A stretch of DNA of 63,897 bases, filler included, from Reticulomyxa filosa (GCA_000512085.1; 21 parts of 21 records of this genome joined end to end with filler, not necessarily neighbours in it); one strand, 5' to 3'; numbered from the whole stretch's first letter, positions 37,414 to 50,989 are shown. Made by a program: numbers and translations. The notes: generated by a model from the letters alone, not told the origin.

Positions 37414-39839
37414 NNNNNNNNNNNNNNNNNNNNNNNNNNNNNNNNNNNNNNNNNNNNTTAATTAATTAANNNNNNNNNNNNNNNNNNNNNNNNNNNNNNN
37501 NNNNNNNNNNNNNGATGATGATGAAGAGAAAGAACATTCCGAGGATACTGCGTTTGATTTGTTTTAAAAAAGAGAAAAAAAAAAAAAGACCGCCTGTCGA
37601 CTCTACTTTCGTTATGGAATGACTCTTCACATTCGCAGGTGACGACTTTGCGCAATCTAAGACATGGACTAATCTCACATAGTGCGCCCCCCCCCCCCAA
37701 ATGGAAGCCTCTTGACTGGTGTGACAATGTAAAGCACTGTGCCAATGATGCTTATGATGACGACAATGACAACGCGCAGTCCGTGTGTTCTATTTCTTAC
37801 TCATTTGTCAATTGTTTCAACACATTGGACTAGTGTTGTGTGTGTGTGTGTGTGTGAGTGTGTGCGCCAATATTTGGATGCCGCTGCTGTATTCCATAAT
37901 TTGATTTGGTGGCGCTGGGGGCCCTGCTGAGTGAATACGTATACAATATTTTATGTCAGCAGCCGAGCCCCTCATCCTCCTCTCCCCTCCTAAAGCGGTC
38001 GTCGCTGTGGTTACCAATTGTTCGGTTACCAAAAATCACATCACTCGTGTTCGAAAAGTGGAATGGTCTGATATTAACAAGGCTGCCACTGCAAATTCCA
38101 AAAAAAAAAAAAAAATGGTGGGCTCTAAGAAACGAGAGCCTTTCAATGATACCAATTTTCCCTCCAAGTCCGTCGATCGTCCAAAATAACGGAGTACTTG
38201 ATGGGAACAGTGTCATTGAAATCGAAGCCGCGCATTCACAAGAACTCAAGGAGTTACTGTTATTTTATTGATCGTTTGTGCGCATGTCCTCCTTCCTGTT
38301 ACCTGATGCTATAGTCCGTGCTTGGGTCCATTGCTTGAAAATGTTTTTTTATATGTCCATTTTTTTTTTTTTTTGATATGTACATATTCAATAACTAACA
38401 GCAACACGACATCTTTATACGTATATTGATTATTTATTTGTATGTAATGTGGTATGTGTTGCTTGAAATTTTTTGAATAGATATTCAAAAGTGTAACGAT
38501 GAAGTGTTGGAATGCAGATAAACACATTTTTTGCTGTTTACATTGTCATTGAGTGCTGCAGCGAGTTCCCCAGCAATAATGACAACAGTGACAGCAACGG
38601 CAGCAGTATCGATAGCTACGAAAGTAAAAGTGACAATCTCATAATCGAATTGTTGCTTATCAAAAACTCAATATGTCGAATCATGGAAGCCACACTACAA
38701 CACACGCCTGTCATTTCTTCAATAAATTTATTTGTGCTCATCATTGAACAAGTATCTGTTAATGACGGCGTGCATCAANNNNNNNNNNNNNNNNNNNNNN
38801 NNNNNNNNNNNNNNNNNNNNNNTTAATTAATTAANNNNNNNNNNNNNNNNNNNNNNNNNNNNNNNNNNNNNNNNNNNNGGTTTTTCTATCTTCAACTGAT
38901 CCAAAACTTTTTCTTTTTTCAAGCAAAATAATCTGGATCTAATTGAAAAAACTAAAAATTAAATCAGTATTTTTAAAATTTGTTTGTTTAGAATATCGTT
39001 TCTTTGCATTTAACTTGTTTCAATTTTTGATACAACAAAAAAAATGGTGCGTTGATGTTGATTATTCGTTTTGTCCTTGCGTCATTTTAAAACATTGTTT
39101 AATTTTCCAAAAATTAAAAAAATAGATTATAGTCACTAAGCAAACAAAAAACTTGTTTGGGTGAAGAATTTTGAAATGGATACAACAAAATGTCTAATAC
39201 AAAGAAATAAAAATATTTTAAGTTTTTTTTCAAAGGCAAAAAAAAGGGGAAAATGTTACCGCACCTGTATACTGGTGTAAAGTGACAGTAGTGAACTCGT
39301 ATTGGTTTTGTATGTGTCACATAAAATTTCATGCATCAAAATTCTTTTTTTGTTTTTCTTTTTTGAGCGGGGGGTACAGCGAAAAAGGAAGTCTTTTTGC
39401 AAGGGCCGTGTAGTAATGAGCGAGGTTATTGAAGTGGCATCAAAATGACAAGATATCACATACCTTCTTATTCAAAAAACAACGACAACATCTTTATTGT
39501 GCAATTCTGATACTTTTTTTTGACGAGAAAAAATATCCCTTGATGCTTCTCTCGCAATATAAATGTATTTTCTTGTCGTTGAGCGTTTCCAATTTGTGTT
39601 CCTCGACGACCGAGAGCATATTCCAACGTGATATTTTGTTTGGAACTTACGGGAGCACGCTTCATAAATTATTGGCATTATCAATATTGCGCTGTACACA
39701 TTATAAATTTGATATTTTTATTGCTTTTGTAAAGTAAATAAACATATACACATATTTATATATGTTATATGTAAATTCAACTGAAAATCTATTCTGTTGA
39801 ATTGGTTTTGGTTTTGCAAACCAATGACGTGCGTGTTAT

Positions 39840-40050
39840 CGGTGGACTGCTGTTGATTGAACGATATCGACAATGCCATCATGTCGCAATGCAGTCGATA
39901 TAAATCTCTGATTCCATTTTGCATTCTTTCGGCAATACCATTGAACATGGCTGTGTCGCCACTAATCACGATGTTGTTGCTAAATTCAACTTCATAGTCC
40001 AAAGCAACATGACAATTTTTCCTTAATGTATCGCAAAATTTCCTTATCAT
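39840..40050 (-). pseudogene. Internally deleted, frameshifted actin-like pseudogene
   Basis: DKEILRYIKEKL and HVALDYEVE are fused directly to NNIVISGDTAMFNGIAERMQ. In actin these segments are about 70 residues apart. Confidence 0.75.
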
Positions 40051-40150
40051 NNNNNNNNNNNNNNNNNNNNNNNNNNNNNNNNNNNNNNNNNNNNTTAATT
40101 AATTAANNNNNNNNNNNNNNNNNNNNNNNNNNNNNNNNNNNNNNNNNNNN

Positions 40151-40187
<37 letters not shown>

Positions 40188-40208
40188 GTGATTTATTACA
40201 TTGATAAG

Positions 40209-41241
40209 ATAATATCACTGATCGGAGTGATCCCCCCGGAATCATGCGAGCAAGACGACTTTGACGAAGTGTATCTAGTGATGCCACGCATGGAAACCAC
40301 ACTGTCACGAATCATTCGAAGCAAGCAGCAGCTGAGCGAAAAGCACAAGCAATACTTTGTGTACCAGTTGCTTCGAGGACTCAAGTATATGCACGACGCC
40401 GGAGTGTGGCATCGCGACCTAAAGCCAGAAAATATCTTAGTCAATGGCAGTGATTGTCGATTGAAAATCACCGATTTTGGCTTGGCTCGTGGTGTGAGCA
40501 AAGAAGCCAATGTCGATGCTAAATTGACTGAATATGTGGTCACTAGATGGTTTGGATTTTATATTTATATATGTATACATATGTATATATACATACATAC
40601 ATATATGTATATGTACATATATATAAACGCATACATTACCACTAATTTGATCACATTATATATATATGTATATAAATGTATACGTAAACAGGTACCGCGC
40701 TCCAGAAGTAATGTGCTCCTCTCGCCAATACGATGAAAAAGTAGACTTGTGGAGTGTCGGCTGTATCATGGCGGAGTTGTACAATCGCAAACCCTTGTTT
40801 CGGGGTTCGAACCACATTGACCAATTGAATTTGATCTTCCATTATCGCGGCGTGCCTGACGATATTGAATGGATCAAAACGTCGGACGCGAAAAAGTGGG
40901 TAGAACGTATGGACCGAAAACCCAAACAAGACTTGTCGAAATTGCTCCCCGACATTAGTTCGGAAGCTGCCGACTTGCTTGACCAACTCTTGGAACTAGA
41001 TCCGAACAAGCGACCCAGTGCCAGCACTGCCATGAAACACGCCTGGCTCAAGCTCATGTATCGAGAAAAAGATGAACATCGGCCTGTCCAAGTCTTTGAC
41101 TTGTCCTTCGAATTCGAACGACAGATTAACACTTTGTTCGGCGTTCGACACATGATGTATGAGGAGTTGCTCAACTTCTCCAAACATCAAATGAAGAAAG
41201 CCAAACAAAAGAGAGATGGCAGGTTTGTGTATACGTTTTGA
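40209..41241 (+). CDS. MAP kinase (TEY activation loop), 5'-partial
   Basis: [23 protein letters not shown]|YRAPE (intron about 40550-40691), [20 protein letters not shown]. Confidence 0.95.
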
Positions 41242-41394
41242 GTGCTTTGCTACGAATACATTCACTATGCATATGCTTACAAAAAAAAAANNNNNNNNNN
41301 NNNNNNNNNNNNNNNNNNNNNNNNNNNNNNNNNNTTAATTAATTAANNNNNNNNNNNNNNNNNNNNNNNNNNNNNNNNNNNNNNNNNNNNCCCC

Positions 41395-41431
<37 letters not shown>

Positions 41432-44060
41432 ATGATAACATTGCAACACTACAACACAAATAAAGGGGAAATGAAAAAGCATGCATTTCAAGCGGAAACA
41501 CGGCAACTATTGGATATTGTGTCAAATTCACTGTATACGGATAAAGAGGTATTTTTACGTGAATTATTAAGCAATGCCAGCGACGCATTGGAGAAATTGC
41601 GATACAAAATGAACACGGGGCAAGTTGAATCTAAAAGCGAAATCCCGTTGGAAATCCGGGTACATGTGGACGAAGAAAAGGGAATTTTGACGGTGGAAGA
41701 CACTGGTATTGGCATGACAGTTGAAGAGATTATTGATAATTTAGGTAATTTTTTTTTTTTTAGGAAAAAAAAAAAAAAGCTATTTATCTTCTCTTTATCC
41801 TCTCTTGCACTTTTCCTTTTTATATCCATGCCCCCCAATTAATACAATAACAATAATAATAATAATAATAATAATAGGTACGATTGCCAAGTCGGGAAGC
41901 AAAACGTTTGTGAAGAACGCGAATACCGAGAAAAGCATACAAGAGAATCGAGACATGTTGGGAAATATAATCGGCCAATTTGGAGTTGGCTTTTACAGCG
42001 CCTACATGGTTGCTGACAAAGGTTTTTTTTTTTTTTTTTTTATAGAAACACTTTACTTTTTTAAAATTTAAAAAAAAAAAAAGAATATAGATACATACAT
42101 ATGTGGACAATATATTGTTTTGTTACAACTTGGACATAGTGGATGTTTATTCTCAGTCGTGCACCGGCGAAGAAGGAGTGTACTGGACCTCAGACGGGTA
42201 TCATTTTTATTTTTAAAAAAAAAAATTGTTTTTTTTTAATCAATAACAATAAAACATGCAACACATGCACAAACGAATAAATGAATTTAAAAAAAAAAAA
42301 AAAAAATGGCATTTGTAAAATGTAAAGATTGGGGTCATATGAAGTCGCAAAGGCATCAGGAGTAACGAGAGGGACAAAGTTAGTATTGCACATAAAGGAG
42401 TCATTGCGAACAGAGTTTGGGAAAAAGACTCGAATTGAAGAGATGATAAAGAAATACAGCGCGTATTTGAATTTCCCAATAAAACTGGAAAACAAAGAAA
42501 TAAAATCGACAGGAGCAATTTGGAGCAAAAAGCCGAAAGATGTAACGCCAGAGGAATACAAAGAGTTTTACAATATGATGACGCATCAAACCAGCTATGG
42601 CAGTGATGCATCATACACGTTCCATAGCCACTTTGACACATCAGAATTTAGTGCGCAAGTGTTGGTGTATTTCCCTTCGTCCAGCGTGGAAAAGCTCGGC
42701 TTTCAACGCTATGACCCCGGCCTGAACATTTACAGTCGAAAGGTGTTAGTCAAAAAGAACGCGCCCGAAATTTGTCACAATTGGCTGCGCTTTATCAAAG
42801 GTGTTGTGGACATTGATAGCGACCAAATCAAGATACACGTCAGTCGAGAGAACATGCAAGACTCGCATTTGATTTCGCAATTGAAAGAGATGATTGCGAC
42901 CAAAGTTGTTGACTTTTTGATTCGACAAGCTGCAAAAGAACCTGCCAAATACGCAAAATGGTTTGTTTTGTTTGTTTGTTTTTTTTATAGTATATTTTGC
43001 AAACAATGCACAATATACATATATATATATACATATATATACATATATATACATATATGTATATAGGTATAATGAATTTGATGTGTTCGTGAAAGAAGGC
43101 ATTTTTACCACAAATGACGAAAAGAAAAAACAAAAGTTAGCGAAATTGCTACGATTTGAAACGAACAAAACCAAGGCAAATGAACTCATTAGCCTGGACG
43201 AATACATCCAACGCTTGAAAGACAGAACGGACTTGAACGAGACATACAAAAACGAAATCTATTTCGTTGCCAGTCCGACCCGTGAGGTGGCCTTGAGATC
43301 CCCTTACATGGAGGCGTTTGAGGAAAAGTCGCTGGAAGTCTTGTTTTGCAATGAGAGAATGGACGGCTTTGTCTTTCAAAACTTGCGCGCATTTGAAAAC
43401 TTGAAATTTTATAATATTGATTCGAACGATTCGGTGATTGCAAAAGAAAAGGCAGCTCAAAGCTCGAATGCGGACTCTTCGACAGATACTTTAACAGACA
43501 GTGAATGTGATGAACTGAGCAAGTGGATCAAAGCCACTTTCCCTCATCAAATTTCCCAAGTGGAAACCACAACTCGATTGAAATCGCATCCTGCAGTCTT
43601 GGTCGATCCTCAATCGCAATCCATGCGGTTCTTTATGCAGACTATGAAAAACTATACTTTGCCTCCTCAGAGATTGCAAATCAATCCCAAACATGATATT
43701 GTTCGGGGAATGTACAAGCTTTTCAAAGACAAAGATCTTGATCCTTTCAAGTTAACCCAAGCCACTGTGATTGCTCAACAACTCATTCATAATGCCTTTA
43801 TTGCTGCCGGCATGATTGAAGATGCAAGAGATATTCTGCCTGATATCAATAACTTGATGGTGGCTCTGTTAGGAGGAAAGCCTGACACTTCTACTTTGGA
43901 TAAAAAAAAAGAACAATATAAAGACAATGATAATGAGTTTGATTCCGATTCTTTTGGCGCCACTGCCACAGATACTGCAACCACCACTACTGATATCCCG
44001 CAGCCAGATGCCACCAAAGATAACACGCAAACTTCCAAAAAAGATGAGAGTGGAAAATAA
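41432..44060 (+). CDS. TRAP1: Mitochondrial HSP90 (TRAP1/HSP75), multi-exon, 5'-partial
   Basis: [87 protein letters not shown]. No charged linker and no MEEVD or KDEL end. Confidence 0.93.
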
Positions 44061-44479
44061 GTGCTACAGTAAATTGTTGTTCTGGTCGTTTTCTTTTTTT
44101 GCAAGGGGAGCAAATATGAACTTTGATAGCAACACTCAACAACATTTGTGTAGTTGTTGTTCTTTTTTTTTTTTTCTTCTCATCTTGGGGTACACCCACG
44201 CAAACATTAAAAAATATAACTTGCATTTATATTTTTGATCATTATACAAATCTTTCAGTTTCTTTTCACTCCGCAAAAAAAAAAAAAATTTGTTATTCCA
44301 TTGGGAGAGAATAAGGCATATCAGAATTGAACTCACAAAATTGTTCATTAGTGGACAGACAGTGAAATTTTCCTTTTGATGTGCAGTTATTACTTTTGCC
44401 CAAAAAAAAGTTTAGAGGGTGAGTGAAACAGGAAGGGAAGTGAGGGAGGGGGGGGGAAAAAAAGGGAAAAAAAAAAAGA

Positions 44480-45047
44480 ATGGGCATATGTTATTCGGAT
44501 AATCAAAACCAAGGCACAGGTTTTAAAAAGAAGTTGTCGACATTAGCAACTCGCGCGGGTACAACAATAAATACCTCCCGACAAAACAGTATCCGCAACA
44601 ACACTACAGCGAAGCATTTGCGAGACCATAGTCGAGAAAGTGCGTCAGGAACGAACGTTCCGCTGGTCGGAGGTATATCAGGCGGAGATGGTATGATGGA
44701 ACGAGTGTTGACAGCATACGATTTGATATTAAACGACAGACTGCAGCACGAGAATCGCGACATAATACTGGACAGTTGGACGAGACTAGTTTGCGAGAAC
44801 AAGCATATGAGACAAGCGGACGACATGTTGCCAGTGGACATTAAGAAGCTGATAATTAAGTACAGTCAGTTTACAATTCCGTTACTGTTGGAGTATTACA
44901 AAGACCAAATGTTGCGTGTGTATGATGGGTTGCATAAGAGTGGGATATTTCGAGGGACACCAAATGTATTGGATGTGAACGAGCAAAGGATTTTTCATGA
45001 ATATACGCACAACTATGAGCGAATGGTCACAACAACAACAACAACAA
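44480..45047 (+). CDS. RhoGAP-domain protein with a likely acylated N-terminus, 3'-partial
   Basis: MGICYS start, LPVDIKKLIIKY helical motif, then IPLLL...GLHKSGIFR (arginine-finger motif). Confidence 0.6.
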
Positions 45048-45393
45048 NNNNNNNNNNNNNNNNNNNNNNNNNNNNNNNNNNNNNNNNNNNNTTAATTAAT
45101 TAANNNNNNNNNNNNNNNNNNNNNNNNNNNNNNNNNNNNNNNNNNNNAGAGAGAGAAAGAATAAATATGTAACTTGGGACGTCCCCATACTCTTCTGACG
45201 CAAAGCATTATAAACAGTGACTAAATCCGCTGAATCAATAATATCTAATTGTTTCGAGCATGTTGTCATACTAAACAGAATTCGACACAGCTATTTGTTT
45301 TTTTTCCCCCCCCCCCCCCCAATATTAAAGATAAAATACAAAACTGATATTATCTTCTCTCCCTCTCACTCCTTGCAAACAAATAAATATTGC

Positions 45394-47290
45394 TCAAACT
45401 TGGTCCCATGATTGCACTCCTTCATTTATACTCGCTTTGAATTTCTTTTGAGCACATCCTGCTATCTCTTTTCGTATGTGGGCACTTTGGACTCTTTTGT
45501 TGGATTTGACAAAATCAAGGAACCGACTCACTATATCCAAAGCGAATAAGACGCTAAAGTCTTGGTTCATGTGCGAGTACAGATACGTCAAAAGGATCTT
45601 AGTATAAGAGTTGTAATGACCCTGAACGAACATAAGTTGCAATTTGCTGAAGTCGACCACAGACAATCGTGTAGCTAGTGGAAACTTTACTGTTTTGCCC
45701 ATTTTCTCGGAGGATTTTTCAATTTCAAAGTAGCAACTTTTGCATTTTAAAATTTGATGAAAAGCGCTGCGATCCCATAGACACAAGTATAGTGTTTCAC
45801 CAGTATCTGAGCTTACAACGGAGAAAGGTAGCTCGACTATTGGTACTCCAATATGTTCTGAGTCAAAAAAAAAAAACATACATTATTTTAATTTTTTTTG
45901 TTTTCTCATGAACATGGGCACAAGGGAGGGAGGAGAAAAAAAAATAGAGTCGGTCAGAGATTTAATGCACAACTTTTATCAATTGATCTCAAAAAAACTT
46001 TTTCATTATCCACTTTCTTATTCATCAGCAACACGACAAGCGAGAGGCTAGGATTATCTTTGATCACAAAAAGTGCATTGTACACGGCAATGGCGTCGGA
46101 CTCCTTCGATTGGAAACGTGCCTCATTATATGTACACACCGTGCGCACTGCAACGTGATATCCGCTCACTCTTTCCTTCAATGGCTCCATCATCCCTTCC
46201 AATAGTTTTGTATTCTCCGTCTTTGTGTCCACGCTCGTCTTTTCAATCAGCTCGTACTTTATTTCGCCGAGACAGTGTTCAGGAGACTCCCAGTTCAACA
46301 CACGTTGTTCTTTGCCGTTCCAGGTTCGCGTTTGTATACGTACATTCCGCGGTGGAGTCGGTTCAAAACCCTTATTTTCTAAATCAGCTTTTTGATATCA
46401 TTGTTGTTATTGTTATTTGCTGTTGTTTTTAATAATAAGAAAAAGAAAAAGCATATTTTCAAAAAAAGACCTTCAGACGGAGTCCAAAATTGAACAGGAT
46501 TACTTTCCACTGTTGTTTTGCCATTTACTGCTTTGATGGTGAATATGTACTCTGTGCTTGGTCTCAATCCTTTGGTTTGCCATCGGATATTGTCAATCAC
46601 CGTATCAAGCATCTTGCCTTCACCTTGGTTGTGTTCATAAATTTCGTAGGCTGTGCCTTGTCCCGCTGTCTCCTCCCACTCCAGTTCTGCGCTTTGTGAA
46701 GTCACTTGTCTCAAGTGTGCATTTTGGAGCTGTGGCACGTTCAATGCTTCTATAAGGTCATATCACATAATGATACAATACATATACATATATATAAGAT
46801 ATATGTGTATATGTATATAAATATGTACATATATGTGGAATGCCTCTCTGATTTAAAAAAAAAAAAAAGTAAACCTTCAGAGTTGCTAAAAGTTCGAAAT
46901 CCAACAGGAACTGTCAAAGGAGACTCGGTTCGATGATATTGCGTGTGGTCATTCAAATAAGGCCAAAGAAACACCGTTTGCAAGGACAACTCGTACTCGG
47001 TATTTGGCTTCAATGCATTGCATACATAATATCGCTGGTTGCATGGAATGATCACTTTGTCGCTCTCTTTGCTCTCTGCATCTCCCTTTTCTTTGAATAC
47101 ATTGTCTAACGTCTTTATGCGCAGCTCAAAGTGCCACAATTTGCTGGATGGAATACTCGGATATTTCTGCTGTTTCTTGACGATTTGTTTCATTGCAAAG
47201 TCTTCCATCTGCCACACCACCATCAATTCTCTTTCCGTCAGCTTCACACTCCGCAAACCCACGGGCGTGTATTCCACTGTTCCACAATTT
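45394..47290 (-). CDS. Fibronectin type III repeat protein, multi-exon, 5'-partial
   Basis: FN3 signatures ELMVVW...LKPNTEYELSL, SAELEW...LRPSTEYIFTIKAVN and LNWESP...Y...YHVAVR. Confidence 0.8.
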
Positions 47291-47348
47291 GTTTTTCGCA
47301 AAAGTACATGAAAGCATATACATATACACATATTTGCATATATACGTA

Positions 47349-47381
<33 letters not shown>

Positions 47382-47481
47382 NNNNNNNNNNNNNNNNNNN
47401 NNNNNNNNNNNNNNNNNNNNNNNNNTTAATTAATTAANNNNNNNNNNNNNNNNNNNNNNNNNNNNNNNNNNNNNNNNNNNN

Positions 47482-47946
47482 TTTTTTCTTAAAAAAAAAA
47501 AAAAGGATAAAATATAAATAAAACATACTTTATTTTCTTTCCTCGCTTCTTTATACCATGCCTTCACAGAATGTAGAGATTGCTTTGCTGTCAAATCAAA
47601 GATAAATAGCACTACTTTGGCTTCACTGCACACTAATGGCATTAATGTGCTAAAGTCTCTTTGACCACCTAAATCCCATAGTGATATATCTACATCCACG
47701 TTTTCTAAATGAATTATCTTTGTCATAAAATTCACTCCCTGTTGTTTTTTTTTATTCACTCGTTTCAATTTATGTTGCTCGCGCTTTTTAATGTAATGTT
47801 GTGCTACTACTTACCAGAGCTTCTACGTAATCTTCGTCATATTGATCATCAATATACTTCGCAAATGGCATCTTTTCTATTTGTGGATCTCCTAAGAGAC
47901 CCACTTTGATCACTACTTTTGGCGTCTTCTTCTGGAGCAACGTCAT
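47482..47946 (-). CDS. Tem1/Spg1-family small GTPase with a degenerate P-loop, 3'-partial
   Basis: IKVGLLGDPQIEK, YDEDYVEAL|GVNFMTK, SLWDLGGQRDFSTLMPLVC, LFIFDLT, WYKEARKENK. Confidence 0.85.
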
Positions 47947-49851
47947 TTCTATATGTTCATTTTCCAACAAGTTTTTTTTAAACTTAAAAAAAAACCTGCA
48001 CCCTGCCGTTTAGAGACATTGTTAGGATGGGATCACAATTTACAAGTTCTCAAAGAATCACTCGAAGAATATCCAGAACAAAAAAAGAAACACTCGACTG
48101 TCATTTTTATTTGAAACAGGATATAAATTAGGTTTGTCATCAAAAGACTACTGCATTTACATTTGAACTTCTAACGCTTTGCAAATTTTAAAAAAGCAGT
48201 CCCTTTGTTACAAACAATTTTTTTTAATTTTGTTTAAAATAAAAACAATAATAATAATAATATTTTTTTATGATTGCAATTTTTTTGTAAACAAAAAAGA
48301 ATCAGAATTAAGATGAAGAAAGCAAATGATGGAAATTTTGCCGAAAGGATCACAAAAGTGGACAATATATTGTCGATTTACATTAAATCAATTCCAACAA
48401 AGTTTACAGACAAGACTGCTTTGTTTCATAGATGATCATTTAATCAATCAAAAGATTGATATGATTTTTTTGCCTTCACTCCAATTGGTTTAAAATTCTA
48501 AGGAACACTCCAATGTTTTTGGGCGGTGATATTAAAAATAATCCTTTCTTTAGAGACATTTCATAAAATGCTTATTCAACACAAAAGATAAGATTTAATT
48601 TCACATATTTAAGAAAATAATTGCATGTAGTGTCGATGATCACATAATTTTTTGTTTTTAATGAACTTTAAAATAGATTCTGTCAGATTTCACTGAGAAA
48701 AGTTTCAAATAAAGAACAAAAACGTTTCATACAAGTAAACTTTTTGTGAGTTTGAACAAGTTCATGATCATGTTCTTTTTCTTTCTTAAGGTTCAAGATC
48801 AAAGTTTGCCAAACGAGAAAAAAATGTTGTACATTTCATGTTAAAATTTAGCTCACTTATGAAAGTTCTTCTACGTCATCAAAAAGGTTTCTGTTTTTAA
48901 ACAAATTTTTTTACAACGTATTCGTCAATTATGGTCCCGTGCAAAAAAAAAAGGATTTTGCAATTTTCTAAAAATTGCTTCAACTAGTTTTACACCACAA
49001 TTTTGACATTTAAGACTGGATCAAGAAGAAATCGAATTTTATCACAATAGCATACTATTGAATATATCCAAATCACAGCTTGAACATGATATTATTAACT
49101 ATTTTTTTAAAGAAAATTGACTTTTCACAAACTAACCTTTTTTTTCGCAAACCTTATGCTGCTTGATTTAAAAAAAGCTGTTTCTTTGTTTAAATATTAG
49201 TACCAGCACGGTACACAATGTTGATCATAATTGAGTATAATCTTTTTATATATTTTTTTATATCTATTTAAAATAAATAACAAAATATATCAGTCTCCAA
49301 ATAACGAAGATGCAAGCAAATGGCTACTGTTCCATTGATTCAAAATGTATTTGTATTGTTAGATAGTTTTGGTATTTATTCCTTTCTTATCTGTTTTGTT
49401 CAATCACAATGCCAGCAATGAGATAAGTTACGTATAAAAAAAAAGATTTGACAAGTCAATAAACAAGCAACTGTGAAACAAGAGTAAAGAGGTCAGAGTA
49501 ATAGTGATAGTGCTTGTAGTGTCAATTTATTGTTCATGGAATAATCACATTCGACTTTGGGGATAATTTGCTAAAGTTTTCTAATTTTTAATAATTGATT
49601 TATTTGGCAAAAATGGCATAAGAAAAAACAAACTAGCAATCATCAGTTTATTTCAATCTTTCAAAAAAAGAATTTTGCATTGTGGCTTCGTGTTACACAA
49701 AATTCTACGTTGCGGAAGACGTTAGTAAGACTTTTTTAAGAAAAAGATTTGGATTCCATTTTAACAAATAATAACTGTCAACAGGTTTGAATCTTTTTAA
49801 ACGAAAAGGGCAAAAAATATTCCAAGAATTCTTTTTGTAATCACTTCAAAG

Positions 49852-50218
49852 ATGTCACTGAAAGCAACAATATATATTGAAGCAAAAAAGAAAACCCATG
49901 AAATAACATTGTCGGCATTGACCATGAAAAGTTTAACTACCACGATGCAAAGACTTTGGTTTTCACAGGAACGCAAAAGCGAAAGTGAAAGTGCAAGTGA
50001 AAGCGAAAGCGAAAGCAATGATGATCAAGAGTACGAGTTTGAAATTACAGATAAAAATAATATGAAAGTTGAAAAAGACGAAGATATCGAACGTGTATTT
50101 AAAAGTGAATTTGTGCATTTCAACGCACGAATTAAACAAAAAAAGTATATAAAAAGAAATGATCAATTAAATATCCAACGAAATCATATAATGATGAATC
50201 CATTGGTGTTGTTAGCAG
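49852..50218 (+). CDS. N-terminus of an expanded-family protein: PB1/ubiquitin-like segment, then NPLVLLA (possible first strand of a caspase-like fold); truncated
   Basis: ORF with a beta-grasp-like pattern and an SE repeat. The family link is from memory and no catalytic residues lie in the contig. Confidence 0.4.
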
Positions 50219-50318
50219 NNNNNNNNNNNNNNNNNNNNNNNNNNNNNNNNNNNNNNNNNNNNTTAATTAATTAANNNNNNNNNNNNNNNNNNNNNNNNNN
50301 NNNNNNNNNNNNNNNNNN

Positions 50319-50975
50319 AAAAGGACATGATGCTGGAATAAATAGTGTAAGATTTTCATCAGATGGTAAAAAAATTATTTCATCATCAAATGATAAAACA
50401 GTTCGAATATGGGACAACAACTTCATATTTTTAAAGAATATTTTCATCGAGTTAGAATTGCTGAATTTTCACCTGATAAACAATTAATAGCTTCTGGATC
50501 AACAGATAAAACAATTAAATTTTGGGATATAAAATCTAAAAAAAAGAGATTAAAATATTAAGTGTACAATTTTCATCTGATAATCAAATAATTGCATCAT
50601 CATCTGTAGATAAAACAATTTATTTATGGAATATAAATAAAATCAGGTGAAATATTAAAAAAATGAATAGGTCATTCAAAATCTGTAATAAATATAAAAT
50701 TTTCACCAAATGGTAAATGTATTGTATCTTGTTCTATTCGAATATGAAAAGAAATTAAAAAATTACAAAGACATTTACATTATGTAAATGATATAAAATA
50801 TTTTCCAGATGGTCAAATTATTGTTTCATGTTCAGATGATATGTTAAATTGTTTCATGTTCAGAATATCAGGAAAACAAATACAAAAATTAGAAGGACAT
50901 ATTAGTCGAATAAAAAGTATAGATATTTCACCAGATGGTAATCAAATTATATAATGTTATTGGGATAAAACGGAT
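50319..50975 (+). pseudogene. WD40-repeat pseudogene
   Basis: KGHDAGINSVRFSSDGKKIISSSNDKTVRIWD, IASGSTDKTIKFWD, GHSKSVINIKFSPNG, EGHISRIKSIDISPDG, broken by frameshifts and stops. Confidence 0.9.
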
Positions 50976-50989
50976 AATTAAAAAAAAAT

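Noticed and set aside
23778-47946. Bub2-like and Tem1-like genes as a linked pathway cluster
   Set aside because: They lie on different contigs separated by spacers.
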